DNA of 64,000 nucleotides from Patescibacteria group bacterium (GCA_041649675.1 JBAZMQ010000002.1:65920-129919); one strand, 5' to 3'. Shown: positions 50,511 to 59,878, numbered from the stretch's first letter. Notes: generated by a model not told the origin, from the sequence alone. Numbers and translations: made by a program.

Positions 50511-50544
50511 AGTTATCTTAACAAATCCCTCAATTTTTGGCAAT

Positions 50545-50897
50545 AAAAAAAGATCCGCCATTAAGTGGATCCATTTTTTTGACTGGTTATGATCCAGTTA
50601 CCCATTGACGGTGCAGCGGTTGGGTGCCGCTCCTCTTTGGTTTGACCGATGGCTCGGGGGTAAGAAGTTCAGGGCAGCCAGAAGGCTGGAAGCAGCAGCG
50701 TCCTGACTGGAATCCTGCAACTAAACTATGTTTAGTTTGCTCCTTTTAAGTCTTAACCACCTTCTTTGCTAATGTGCAATTTTGGACGCAGTAGCTTCGC
50801 TAGGACTTCAACGTCTGTTTCATGAGAGATATCCTCCTACGCTTTTTGTTGAATGTTTACCTTTATCATACTACCGCTAGGGTTAGCGGCAATACAT
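50545..50897 (-). ncRNA. Candidate ~340-nt transcript without a long ORF
   Basis: TTGACT -35 at ~50927, several hairpins, terminator GGATCCAC-TTAATG-GCGGATCT-T7. GGAGG precedes only a 7-codon ORF (MKQTLKS). Confidence 0.35.
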
Positions 50898-50968
50898 CAA
50901 TATTACATAAATTTTTAAAAAAGTCAATAATAAAAAAGAACCAATCACTACGAAATAATTGGCTCGTG

Positions 50969-51212
50969 TTAAGTTTGCTCTTCTGACTGGCTTTGCTCAA
51001 CCAGCAAAAAGAATTCGCTGGCCAATAGCCCCAGAGCTTTGATAATTTTGAGCAGTGTCATTAAATTAAAGCTTTTCTTGCCTTTTTCAAGGTTAGACAC
51101 CTGCCCCTGACCGACTCCGGCTAAGTTTGCCAGCTCTGCCTGGTTCCAATGTTTTTCTGTCCGGAGCCGGTATGCTACTCTGGCGGAATGCCAGCCGCTC
51201 AGGTTTTGTCAT
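50969..51212 (-). pseudogene. XRE-family helix-turn-helix regulator with +1 frameshift near codon 9 (not in ORF track)
   Basis: GGAGG RBS and ATG at 51212 (MTKPERLAF), then +1 frame ARVAYRLRTEKHWNQAELANLAGVGQGQVSNLEKGKKSFNLMTLLKIIKALGL; span 244 nt = 3n+1. Confidence 0.8.
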
Positions 51213-51456
51213 TATTTGGCCCTCCAAGGTTGCGTGGGTATATTAACAAAAAACCGGACAAAAGAAAACACCTTGAGTTTGACCACAAGGCGTTCTCTCG
51301 GTTTCTAGGATCTCTCCTAGCATCATGCCGGCAGCTTAGCACATTTTTTTAAACTTGTCAAGCCCCCACCATATAAAAACTCAATGACTAAGTTGCTTTT
51401 TAGAGTTATTTGCTCTAGAATAAATTATAATGTAAATTAAAATTTCAGCTAAAAAT

Positions 51457-52980
51457 GTGGCTACAATTGAAACTTTACTAAAAATTCTCAAAGGAGATAA
51501 TGACAAGGGAAATCAAAAAATGACAATTTTTCCCCATTTTCGGAGTCATAAAAATGAATATGATTTAATCATGATCAAATTGGCCTATGAGTTCGCTGAG
51601 CAAGCCCATAAAGGCCAACTGCGAAAATCGGGCGAACCCTACATTGAGCATCCGCTTCAAACTGCCATTATTTTGGCAAAAATGGGAATGGATCAGCCGT
51701 CAATAATTGCTGCTCTATTGCATGATGTGCCAGAAGACACTAATTACAGCTTAATTGATATTGAAAAAAATTTTGGCAGTGAAGTGACAAAACTAGTAGC
51801 TGGTATTACCAAATTAGGCGTGATTAAATATCGCGGCATGGAAAAATACGCGGAGAATTTACGCAAAATGTTTATTTCCATGGCTGAAGATATTAGAATA
51901 ATTTTGATTAAAATGGCTGACCGGCTGCATAATTTAAAAACTTTAGCCGCTTTGCCAGTGGAAAAACAAAAAAGAATTGCTCGGGAGAGTTTGGAAATTT
52001 ATGCGCCAATTGCCAATCGCTTAGGCATGGGGCAAATCAAAGGTGAATTGGAAGATTTGGCTTTTCCTTATATCTATCCGGAAAAATTCAAGTGGTTTGA
52101 ACAAGATATTTTGCCAAAAATTAAAATTGAAATGGCCTATACCCAAAAAGTTATTGAAATTGCCAGAAAAGAATTAGCCAATGAAAAAATTAAAATAATT
52201 TCCATTCATGGTCGGGCCAAACGGCTCTATAGTCTGTACCAAAAATTACTTCGGCCTCATTATGACGGTGATGTTTCAAAAATTTATGACTTAGTGGCCC
52301 TGCGTATTATTGTCCCCACCGTGGCTGATTGCTATCAATCTTTAGGTATTATTCATCGTTTATGGAAACCATTGCCTAGAAGAATTAAAGACTATATTGC
52401 CCAGCCAAAACCTAATGGCTATCAGTCTTTGCATTCCACGGTTTTTTGCCTGGACGGCAAAATTGTTGAATTTCAAATCAGGACGCCTCAAATGCATGAA
52501 CAGGCTGAATATGGTATTGCCGCTCATTGGCATTACAAAGAGAATAATAAGAATCCAAAAAAAATCGGCGAGAAGGGATATATTTTGCCAAAAAAATTAA
52601 CTTGGATTGAGGATTTGGTTAAATGGCAAAAAGAGATCCAGGACAATGAACAATACTTGCAATCACTGGCAATTGATTTTTTCCATAACCGAATTTTTGT
52701 TTTTACGCCCAAAGGCGATGTCATTGATTTGCCCGAAGAAGCCACACCAGTTGACTTTGCTTATCATGTCCACAGCTGGATTGGCGACCATTGCACCGGT
52801 GCCAAAGTCAACAATCAAATGGTGAGTTTGGATTCCAAACTAAAAAACGGTGACGTTATTGAAATCATCACCGATAAAAATAGAAAGGGCCCAAGCCAAG
52901 ATTGGATGAAATTTGTCAAAACCAGTGCGGCTAAAAGCAAAATCAAGCCAAGACTCGGCCACTCACGGTTTCAAAACTAA
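51457..52980 (+). CDS. rel: (p)ppGpp synthetase/hydrolase Rel (HD + SYNTH + TGS; no ACT domain)
   Basis: RKSGEPYIEHP, LLHDVPED, KMADRLHN, KDYIAQPKPNGYQSLH, AAHWHYKE, FVFTPKG...TPVDFAY. Confidence 0.95.
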   Translation: MATIETLLKILKGDNDKGNQKMTIFPHFRSHKNEYDLIMIKLAYEFAEQAHKGQLRKSGEPYIEHPLQTAIILAKMGMDQPSIIAALLHDVPEDTNYSLIDIEKNFGSEVTKLVAGITKLGVIKYRGMEKYAENLRKMFISMAEDIRIILIKMADRLHNLKTLAALPVEKQKRIARESLEIYAPIANRLGMGQIKGELEDLAFPYIYPEKFKWFEQDILPKIKIEMAYTQKVIEIARKELANEKIKIISIHGRAKRLYSLYQKLLRPHYDGDVSKIYDLVALRIIVPTVADCYQSLGIIHRLWKPLPRRIKDYIAQPKPNGYQSLHSTVFCLDGKIVEFQIRTPQMHEQAEYGIAAHWHYKENNKNPKKIGEKGYILPKKLTWIEDLVKWQKEIQDNEQYLQSLAIDFFHNRIFVFTPKGDVIDLPEEATPVDFAYHVHSWIGDHCTGAKVNNQMVSLDSKLKNGDVIEIITDKNRKGPSQDWMKFVKTSAAKSKIKPRLGHSRFQN

Positions 52981-53846
52981 ACCTGGTTAGCTATTTTGTT
53001 AATGATATTATTTAATTCTTCGTTTGAGTAAAATTCAATGATAATTTGTCCGGTTTCACCGGATTTTTTTACGTTCACCTTTGTTCCCAAAGCGGCTTGC
53101 AACCTATCTTCCAAAGCCAAAAGGTTTGCATCTTTCGCTTTTCTAACATGCTGACGCACCACTATTTTTTTAGCCTGACCTTCAGCGGCCCTAACAGTTA
53201 AATCCTGTTTTAAAACCTTTTCAAAAAACTTTAAGCGCTCTTGCGGCGGTAAGCCAACAATCACCCGAGCCGTACTGTAATTAATTTTTTCATTAATTAA
53301 GGCTTTCTGGATTTCAGTTGGCAAGCTTAAGAGTCTTAGAGCGTTAGCAATTACCGGACGGCTCTTGCCCACCCGCTTAGACACTTCTTCCTGAGTCAAA
53401 TTGAATTCATCTACTAAGCGCTGATACGCGAAAGCTTCTTCAATTGGATTTAAATCTTTACGCTGAATATTTTCAACTAATGCCATTTCTAATTTTTGTT
53501 GTTCTTTCATTTCACGAATCACGGCCGGGACAAACTTTAAATCCAAAATTTGGGCCGCGCGTAACCGTCTTTCACCAGCAATTACTTCATAGCCGTTGCC
53601 TTCTAAAGTTAAAATCAAAGGCTGAATTATGCCATGCTCTTTAATTGAATTGGTTAAATCTTCCAGGCTTTCATGATCAAAATCAGTTCGCGGCTGCAGC
53701 GGGTTGGCTTTGATTTTTTCAATCGGTACCCTGACAATCATTTCATCTTGAGCTAAAACATTAGAATCTTTAGGTAAAATTTGCTTATCAATTTTTGATG
53801 GAATTAAAGAACTTAAGCCTTTACCCAAACCTTGTACTTTAGCCAT
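52977..53846 (-). CDS. parB: Chromosome partitioning protein ParB
   Basis: GLGKGLSSLI, NPLQPR, IAGERRLRAA, ENIQRKDLNPIEEA. Confidence 0.96.
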   Translation of the reverse strand: MAKVQGLGKGLSSLIPSKIDKQILPKDSNVLAQDEMIVRVPIEKIKANPLQPRTDFDHESLEDLTNSIKEHGIIQPLILTLEGNGYEVIAGERRLRAAQILDLKFVPAVIREMKEQQKLEMALVENIQRKDLNPIEEAFAYQRLVDEFNLTQEEVSKRVGKSRPVIANALRLLSLPTEIQKALINEKINYSTARVIVGLPPQERLKFFEKVLKQDLTVRAAEGQAKKIVVRQHVRKAKDANLLALEDRLQAALGTKVNVKKSGETGQIIIEFYSNEELNNIINKIANQV

Positions 53847-53864
53847 AAAATTATTGATGTTTTA

Positions 53865-54635
53865 TTAAATATAATTTTCTTGTAAGATAATTTCCCGGGC
53901 CAAATCTTCATAAGCTTTGCCACCAGCCGAACGCGGATCGTATGACAAAATTGTTTGGCCAAAACTTGGTGATTCGGTCAAACGAACATTTCGGGGAACA
54001 ATGGTATCAAAAACGCGATGGGGAAAATGTTGCTTGAGCTCGTTTAAAACCTGACTTGAAAGTTTATTGCGCTTATCATACATCGTCACTACCGCTCCCA
54101 AAATGTTTAATTCCGGTTTTAAATTTTCTTTAACCAAACTGATGGTATTGAGCAGTTGGCCTAAGCCCTCTAGCGCCAAATATTCGGCCTGAACCGGCAC
54201 TAATACTTCTTCGGCTGCCACCAAACCGTTTAAAGTTAACAAGTCCAATGATGGCGGACAATCAATCAAAATATAGTCATAGTCATGTTTAACCTCAAGC
54301 ATGGTTTGAGCCAACCGAAATTCCCGATTTTCCAAGCCTACTAGCTCCACCCTGGCCCCAGCCAAATCCGGTGTGGCCGGTGCCACCTTGTAGCCCTGGT
54401 GATTAGTACCTTGAATAATTTGCCTGAAAGAGATTGGCTCAACTAAAGAGTGATATACTCCCTTTTCTAGGCTTGAGTGGTCAATACCCAGCCCGGAAGT
54501 GGCATTAGCCTGTGGGTCAATGTCAACTAATAAAACAAACTTACCTAACCAAGCCAGATAAGCCCCTAAATTGACAGCGGTGGTGGTTTTACCAACTCCC
54601 CCTTTTTGATTGACAATTGCAATGGTTCTCGACAT
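53865..54635 (-). CDS. parA: Chromosome partitioning ATPase ParA/Soj
   Basis: NQKGGVGKTTT, DIDPQANAT, IDCPPSL, PRNVRLTESPSFG. Confidence 0.97.
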   Translation of the reverse strand: MSRTIAIVNQKGGVGKTTTAVNLGAYLAWLGKFVLLVDIDPQANATSGLGIDHSSLEKGVYHSLVEPISFRQIIQGTNHQGYKVAPATPDLAGARVELVGLENREFRLAQTMLEVKHDYDYILIDCPPSLDLLTLNGLVAAEEVLVPVQAEYLALEGLGQLLNTISLVKENLKPELNILGAVVTMYDKRNKLSSQVLNELKQHFPHRVFDTIVPRNVRLTESPSFGQTILSYDPRSAGGKAYEDLAREIILQENYI

Positions 54636-54778
54636 GCCCCGTAGTAGAAATTTGATTTCTTAATAATTAAAGAAAGATTTATTTACAGTCTTAAGTCTTA
54701 ATTCTAACTATTAATTACCCATTAGTACCCCTATTTAGCTCAACAAAGATAACATATCAAATTTTCACTACGGGGCAT
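54634..54778. mobile_element. MITE-like element inserted at the parA start codon
   Basis: TIRs atgccccgtagtagaaatttgat / atcaaattttcactacggggcat; AT at both ends. Confidence 0.7.
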
Positions 54779-54847
54779 ATCATTATTATAATAAAAAAAT
54801 CGCCTTTCGGCAATTCAATTATAACTAAAATAAAAATTATTGTTATC

Positions 54848-54924
54848 TGGTAGCGAGGGTGGGGATCGAACCCACGACCTAAGGGTTATGATTCCTTCGC
54901 TCTGACCAACTGAGCTACCTCGCC
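54848..54924 (-). tRNA. tRNA-Met(CAT), probably elongator
   Basis: GGCGAGGTAGCTCAGTTGGTCAGAGCG-AAGGA AT CAT AA CCCTT-...GGTTCGATCCC...CTCGCTACCA. Confidence 0.88.
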
Positions 54925-54959
54925 GCGGCAAATGAGAATATATAAACGAAATAATAATT

Positions 54960-55034
54960 TGGTTGCGGGGGCGGGAGTTGCACCCGCGACCTCTAGGTTA
55001 TGGGCCTAGCGAGCTGCTACTGCTCTACCCCGCG
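54960..55034 (-). tRNA. Initiator tRNA-fMet(CAT), atypical
   Basis: CGCGGGG...CCCCGCAACCA with C1:A72 mismatch; anticodon arm CTAGG CC CAT AA CCTAG. Confidence 0.88.
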
Positions 55035-55141
55035 TCGGATATTAATCATTAACCTTTAACAATTAACTTCATAATAGTACTTCTTTATCTAATATCTGTC
55101 AATCCAATAGTAGTTAATTGTAGAGTGTTAGTTGTTTTGAA

Positions 55142-55226
55142 TGGTGCCCGAGGAGAGACTCGAACTCTCATGCCTTGCGGCACACGATTTTGAGTCGTGC
55201 GTGTATACCAATTTCACCACTCGGGC
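55142..55226 (-). tRNA. tRNA-Leu(CAA)
   Basis: GCCCGAGTGGTGAAATTGGTATACACG-CACGA CT CAA AA TCGTG-long variable arm TGCCGCAAGGCA-...GTTCGAGTC...CTCGGGCACCA. Confidence 0.95.
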
Positions 55227-55426
55227 AATAAAAAAACAAATTCTACAAATTTAACTGCAAATGTTATTATAAATAATTTCTCTTTATTTGTCAAAAGTTT
55301 TCTTAAAATACTTTTTAAGTCAGCTCTAGAGAAGGTGATTTTTTTGATAAAAAGAAAACCACCCAACAAAGAGATGATATTAGGTAATTCTCTTGTGGGT
55401 GGCTAAAGTAAAGCCACGAAATTGAG

Positions 55427-55690
55427 TCACAGCCCAACCACGTTTGGGAGTTGCTCCCTGATTTCCTCGAGAGACGGAAATCCAACGCGGTTTTTACCTT
55501 GTTTTTTGGCGAAAGCAATTACTTTTGGGCCGATGACGAGGATACAATCCGAGTTACCACTTTTGCGGCATTCTTCTTTGTGAACTAGGGTGGCGTATGA
55601 TTCACTCCCACATTCTGGACAACGCCACATTCCGTAGGAAAGTGAGTAGTTGGCGTCAAACTCTAACTTTGGCGTATTGGTCTTTGACAT
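55427..55690 (-). CDS. Small hypothetical protein with CxxC/HxxxC putative Zn site
   Basis: WRCPECG...HKEEC; AGGAG RBS; own promoter TTGACA-17-TATTAT (~55871-55843); leader hairpin 55752-55807. Confidence 0.6.
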   Translation of the reverse strand: MSKTNTPKLEFDANYSLSYGMWRCPECGSESYATLVHKEECRKSGNSDCILVIGPKVIAFAKKQGKNRVGFPSLEEIREQLPNVVGL

Positions 55691-56035
55691 ATCAGTATTT
55701 CTCCTTTTGTAAATCCAGAAATCTAGTTTAACCTGACCTCATTTACATTACTTGACTGCACATAGCTAAAAACAAATAACTGTTGTTTAAAATTATGTGC
55801 AGTCAAAATAAATATTTTTATTGGAAAAAGAACAATATTACATAATAACATATATTTTCAGTTCTGTCAACCATTCCTCCCAAAAAGTATAAAAGGCGAA
55901 AAATTACCCAAGATAAACAAAATTCCCTCCTAAGCAGAAAGGATTTGGTTTTTTAGCTTGGCTTGTTAATAACTTTTTGCTCCAGAAGTGGTAAAATAAG
56001 AACAGCTTAAAGAATAAGTAACATTACGATTGATT

Positions 56036-56509
56036 ATGTATTTAACTATCCATGCTGCCTGTGGTGCCTTAATTGGTAATTATATTAATGAACCACTAGT
56101 TTCTCTTAATCTCGGCTTAATCTCTCACTATTTTTTGGACATGCTGCCACATTCGGACGGCAACTTCCCGACCAAAGGCCATACCCCAAGGTCATTGAGA
56201 AAAATGTATTTAAATAAAATTGTCGGCTTGGTTTATTTGGATATTTCTTTAGCCATAATTGTAACGGCAGCAATTTTAACCAACCACGCCCATTTTTTTA
56301 CTCCGGCAGTTGTTTGGGGCATGATTGGTGCGGTATTGCCAGACATTATTCAGGCTTTAAGTTTCTTTCGCCGAAAAAATCGAGTTTTCAAAAAGTTAAA
56401 TGAATTCCATAACTTTCTCCATTACTCCCCTAAAAAGCAACTCTCCTTGGTGACTGGCCAGCTGACCCAATTAATAACATTGATAATTCTGGTTAGGCCA
56501 TTGCTTTAA
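56036..56509 (+). CDS. Membrane-bound metal-dependent hydrolase-like protein (paralog 1)
   Basis: HAACG, SHYFLDMLPH, GAVLPD, FHNFLH. Confidence 0.7.
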   Translation: MYLTIHAACGALIGNYINEPLVSLNLGLISHYFLDMLPHSDGNFPTKGHTPRSLRKMYLNKIVGLVYLDISLAIIVTAAILTNHAHFFTPAVVWGMIGAVLPDIIQALSFFRRKNRVFKKLNEFHNFLHYSPKKQLSLVTGQLTQLITLIILVRPLL

Positions 56510-56604
56510 ATAATTTTAAAAAACTAAAATATCACTAAGGCTATTTACCTCGTACCAATTTTATCAAAAAATTTTTGGTAAAATAGGCCCGAGGTTTATC
56601 TTTT

Positions 56605-57087
56605 ATGTTTTTGACTATTCACGGCACAGCTGGAACTCTAATTGGCCAACAGACAAATAATATTTGGCTGGCTTTTATTTTAGGCTTTGTTTTCCATTTT
56701 ATTTTGGATCTAATCCCCCATGGCGATGCGGATTTACTTACCAAACAATCTGAAAAATATGCCTTTGGCCAAAAAACAGTAGATTTATTAAAAAAAATTA
56801 CAGCGATTGATGCTTTGGTTATGATTTCACTTTTAGCAGTTTTTTACTGGCAAGGTTTGATTACTCAACCTCTACCGGTATTAGCCGGCGTGACAGGCAG
56901 CATTCTTCCTGATTTTATCCAGGGCTTGTATTTCCTGACAAAACATCCTTGGCTAAAAAAATATTTTATTTTCCATTCCGATATCCATTTTGTTTCAAAA
57001 AAATTATTAGTTTCTTTTTGGCCAGGCATAGGCATTCAAATAGTAACTCTAACAATTTTAATATCAGTTTTAATCTTGTTGAAATAA
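56605..57087 (+). CDS. Membrane-bound metal-dependent hydrolase-like protein (paralog 2)
   Basis: HGTAG, HFILDLIPH, GSILPD, FHSDIH. Confidence 0.7.
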   Translation: MFLTIHGTAGTLIGQQTNNIWLAFILGFVFHFILDLIPHGDADLLTKQSEKYAFGQKTVDLLKKITAIDALVMISLLAVFYWQGLITQPLPVLAGVTGSILPDFIQGLYFLTKHPWLKKYFIFHSDIHFVSKKLLVSFWPGIGIQIVTLTILISVLILLK

Positions 57088-57133
57088 AAAACGCAGGGAT
57101 ACGTTAAAACACACCTCTACGTTTTTTTGTTTA

Positions 57134-58402
57134 TTAAAATTTTAACAATTTTTCAAATTCTGCCTTTTGTTTGAATGGTCCGATCAAAGAAAGATTTAAT
57201 TTTTTATCCAAAATTAATTCAGCCGCAACTTTTTTAATATCTTTTTGACTAACGGCAAAAATCTTTTTCAATTGCTGCTGCGGCGTATCAATTTTATTTA
57301 TTAATAATTCTTGTTTGCTATACCAATCAGCAACGTTTTCCGAATCTTCGAGGCCCAAAATTAATTTACCCTTTAAAAATTCTTTGGCCCTGCTTAATTC
57401 TTTGACTGTTACTCCCTGCTCTCTGATATTCTTCAATTCTGCCAGAATTAAACCAATTGCTTGCTTAATTCGGTCTTTGTCCAACCCCGCTTGAATTACA
57501 AATGAACCAATGTCTTGATAAGATGAAAGGTCACTTTTAATGTAATAGGCCAAGCCGTATTTTTCGCGGACGTTTATAAATAACCTTGAACTCATATTAC
57601 CGCCTAAAATCACAGCTAGCAGATAAAGCGGGTAAATTTTTGGGTTAATTAAGCTATAACTGGGCACGCCTAAGCAGATTTGAATCTGCTCGGTTTGCCT
57701 AAAATTTAAACTGACTTGCGGCTTAGATTGTTTGGTTTTAAACGGTAAAAATTTGACGGGTCTGTTTACTTTAGCTTTTTGGCCAAAATATTTTTTAGTT
57801 AAATTTAGAACCTTTTTCTGGCCAAAATTTCCAGCCACTGTCACTACCATATTACTGGGTTGATAAAATTTATTTTTGTATTGCAAAATTTGGGCCCGAG
57901 ATATTTTTTTTATTACATCTTTAGGCCCAGAAATTAATTGGCCCAAAGAATGATTGGGAAAAATTGTCTGCTCAAACAGTTGCTGGACATAAAACAAAGG
58001 ATTATCCCGATACATGTTAATCTCTTCTAAAATTACTCCCCTCTCTTTGGCAATCTCTACTGGCTCCAAGGTAGCATTAAAAATAATATCGGCCAAGACG
58101 TCAAAAGCTAATTCAATTTTGTCCGCGGCAATTTTGATATGATAACCAGTATGATCTTTGGCCGTGTAGGCGTTAAATTCAGCCCCAACCGAATCTAATT
58201 CCTTGCTGATATCCAAGCTGGTCGGCCGACGCTTTGTCCCTTTAAAAACCAAGTGTTCAATGAAATGGGAAACACCATTAATATTTTTTGTTTCATAACG
58301 CGAACCAACCGGCAAAACTACTAAAACCGTTACTGCTTTAGTTTCAGGCAGCGGTGCGGTGATCAGGGTTAAGCCATTTTTCAATTTACTTTTTGAATAC
58401 AT
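57134..58402 (-). CDS. M16 (pitrilysin/insulinase) family zinc peptidase
   Basis: HFIEH inverted zincin motif, NAYT, SSRLF..VRE..GLAY. Confidence 0.93.
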   Translation of the reverse strand: MYSKSKLKNGLTLITAPLPETKAVTVLVVLPVGSRYETKNINGVSHFIEHLVFKGTKRRPTSLDISKELDSVGAEFNAYTAKDHTGYHIKIAADKIELAFDVLADIIFNATLEPVEIAKERGVILEEINMYRDNPLFYVQQLFEQTIFPNHSLGQLISGPKDVIKKISRAQILQYKNKFYQPSNMVVTVAGNFGQKKVLNLTKKYFGQKAKVNRPVKFLPFKTKQSKPQVSLNFRQTEQIQICLGVPSYSLINPKIYPLYLLAVILGGNMSSRLFINVREKYGLAYYIKSDLSSYQDIGSFVIQAGLDKDRIKQAIGLILAELKNIREQGVTVKELSRAKEFLKGKLILGLEDSENVADWYSKQELLINKIDTPQQQLKKIFAVSQKDIKKVAAELILDKKLNLSLIGPFKQKAEFEKLLKF

Positions 58403-58408
58403 AAAAAA

Positions 58409-58490
58409 ATAAAACTTAAAAGCAAAATCTTAAAACCCAAAAACTTTTAAGCTTTATGCTGTAGTTTTTGACTTTGGGCTTTAACTTTTA
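58409..58490. repeat. Empty inverted heptamer-like array related to the arms of the first four-helix-bundle element
   Basis: aaaatcttaaaacccaaaaactt ... tgtagtttttgactttgggctttaactttt; the reverse complement resembles aaaacttaaaacccaaaagtcaaaaccaca at 42722. Confidence 0.7.
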
Positions 58491-59878
58491 AATTTTTCCT
58501 CAAAATATTTTTTAATTTCTGAAATTTTAATTCTTTCCTGGCCCATCGTATCCCGATTCCTGACAGTTACTGCTTTATCTTCAATCGTTTCAAAATCAAC
58601 GGTCACGCAATAAGGCGTGCCAATTTCATCTTGCCGCCGGTAACGCTTGCCGATTGAGCCGGTCTCGTCATACTGGCAAAGCCATTGGCCGCGCAATTGA
58701 TCAAGAACTGCCTGAGTGGCTTTTTGCAACTCGGGCTTTTTTGAAAGCGGTAAAACCGCAATTTTTATCGGCGCAATTTTAGAATTAAATTTTAAGACTA
58801 CTTCAATATCTTTTATACTTTCAGTCGTAGTCGATCGGCCACCACTGATTTCCGTATAGGCATCCAATAAAAACATTAACGTTGCTCGGTCAGCCCCGGC
58901 TGAAGTTTCTATAATATAAGGATAAAATTTTTCGCCTGACTCCGAGTCGGTATATTTCAAATCTTGGCCCGAATATTCAGCGTGACGTGACAAATCCCAA
59001 TCGCCGCGGTGATGAATACCTTCCAATTCTTTCCAACCAAAAGGTGTTTGGTATTCAATATCCATAGCTTTCTTAGCATAGTGAGCCAATTCATCTTTAC
59101 CGTGTTCGCGGAAACGCAAATTTTCTTTTTTAATCCCTAAAGACAAATACCAATTCATCCGAACCTCTTTCCATTGATCAAAAATTTTGTCAGCCTCTTT
59201 TGGATTAACAAAATATTGCATTTCCATTTGTTCAAATTCTCGAGTCCGGAAAGTAAAATTGCCCGGCGTAATTTCGTTGCGAAAAGCCTTACCAATTTGG
59301 GCAATCCCAAACGGTAATTTCAAACGCATACTATCTTTAACATTTAAAAAATTAACATAAATTCCCTGGGCAGTTTCCGGCCGCAAATAAACAACCGAAG
59401 TCGCATCTTCCACCGGCCCCATAAAAGTCTTAAACATCAAATTGAATTGTCTGATTTCGGTTAATTCGCCGCCGCATTCCGGACACGTCTTCAATTCCAA
59501 GGGCGGTTCTTTCATCGCGCCCAAAGCTGGCTTAATGCCTTTAGCTTCCAATAGATGATCAGCCCGAAAGCGCTTTTTACATTTTTTACAATCAACTAAC
59601 GGATCGGAAAAATTTTGAACATGGCCGGAAGCTTCCCAAATCCTTGGATGCATCAAAATCGCTGAATCTAGCCCAACGACGTCGTTTCGCTGATAAACCA
59701 TTGATTGCCACCATTGGCGCTTAACATTATTTTTTAATTCCACTCCCAACGGACCGTAATCATAAAATGAGTTTAAGCCGCCATAAATTTCCGAAGACTG
59801 AAAAATAAAGCCTCTTTGCTTGCATAAAGAGACAATTTTTTCCATAAAACTATTGTCTATTTTTTTAGGTTTAGTCAT
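58481..59878 (-). CDS. glyQS: Glycine--tRNA ligase, homodimeric (alpha2) type
   Basis: [53 protein letters not shown]. Confidence 0.97.
   Translation of the reverse strand: MTKPKKIDNSFMEKIVSLCKQRGFIFQSSEIYGGLNSFYDYGPLGVELKNNVKRQWWQSMVYQRNDVVGLDSAILMHPRIWEASGHVQNFSDPLVDCKKCKKRFRADHLLEAKGIKPALGAMKEPPLELKTCPECGGELTEIRQFNLMFKTFMGPVEDATSVVYLRPETAQGIYVNFLNVKDSMRLKLPFGIAQIGKAFRNEITPGNFTFRTREFEQMEMQYFVNPKEADKIFDQWKEVRMNWYLSLGIKKENLRFREHGKDELAHYAKKAMDIEYQTPFGWKELEGIHHRGDWDLSRHAEYSGQDLKYTDSESGEKFYPYIIETSAGADRATLMFLLDAYTEISGGRSTTTESIKDIEVVLKFNSKIAPIKIAVLPLSKKPELQKATQAVLDQLRGQWLCQYDETGSIGKRYRRQDEIGTPYCVTVDFETIEDKAVTVRNRDTMGQERIKISEIKKYFEEKFKS

Noticed and set aside
50665-50700. SRP RNA helix-8-like motif (tcagg...gaagg...aagcagc) on the plus strand
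   Set aside because: Stem length and loop do not fit the consensus, no long flanking helix is evident, and promoter/terminator signals are on the minus strand. An Infernal search would settle it.
50814-50832. parS-like half site tgtttcatgag
   Set aside because: Only half of TGTTTCACGTGAAACA matches.
883-50870. Stop-codon reassignment suggested by in-frame TAGs in short accessory frames
   Set aside because: Conserved genes end at TAG, TAA and TGA at expected positions and are uninterrupted under the standard code.
51360-51372. CCCCCACCA as a tRNA/tmRNA 3' end or att site
   Set aside because: No T-arm or complementary 5' strand upstream.
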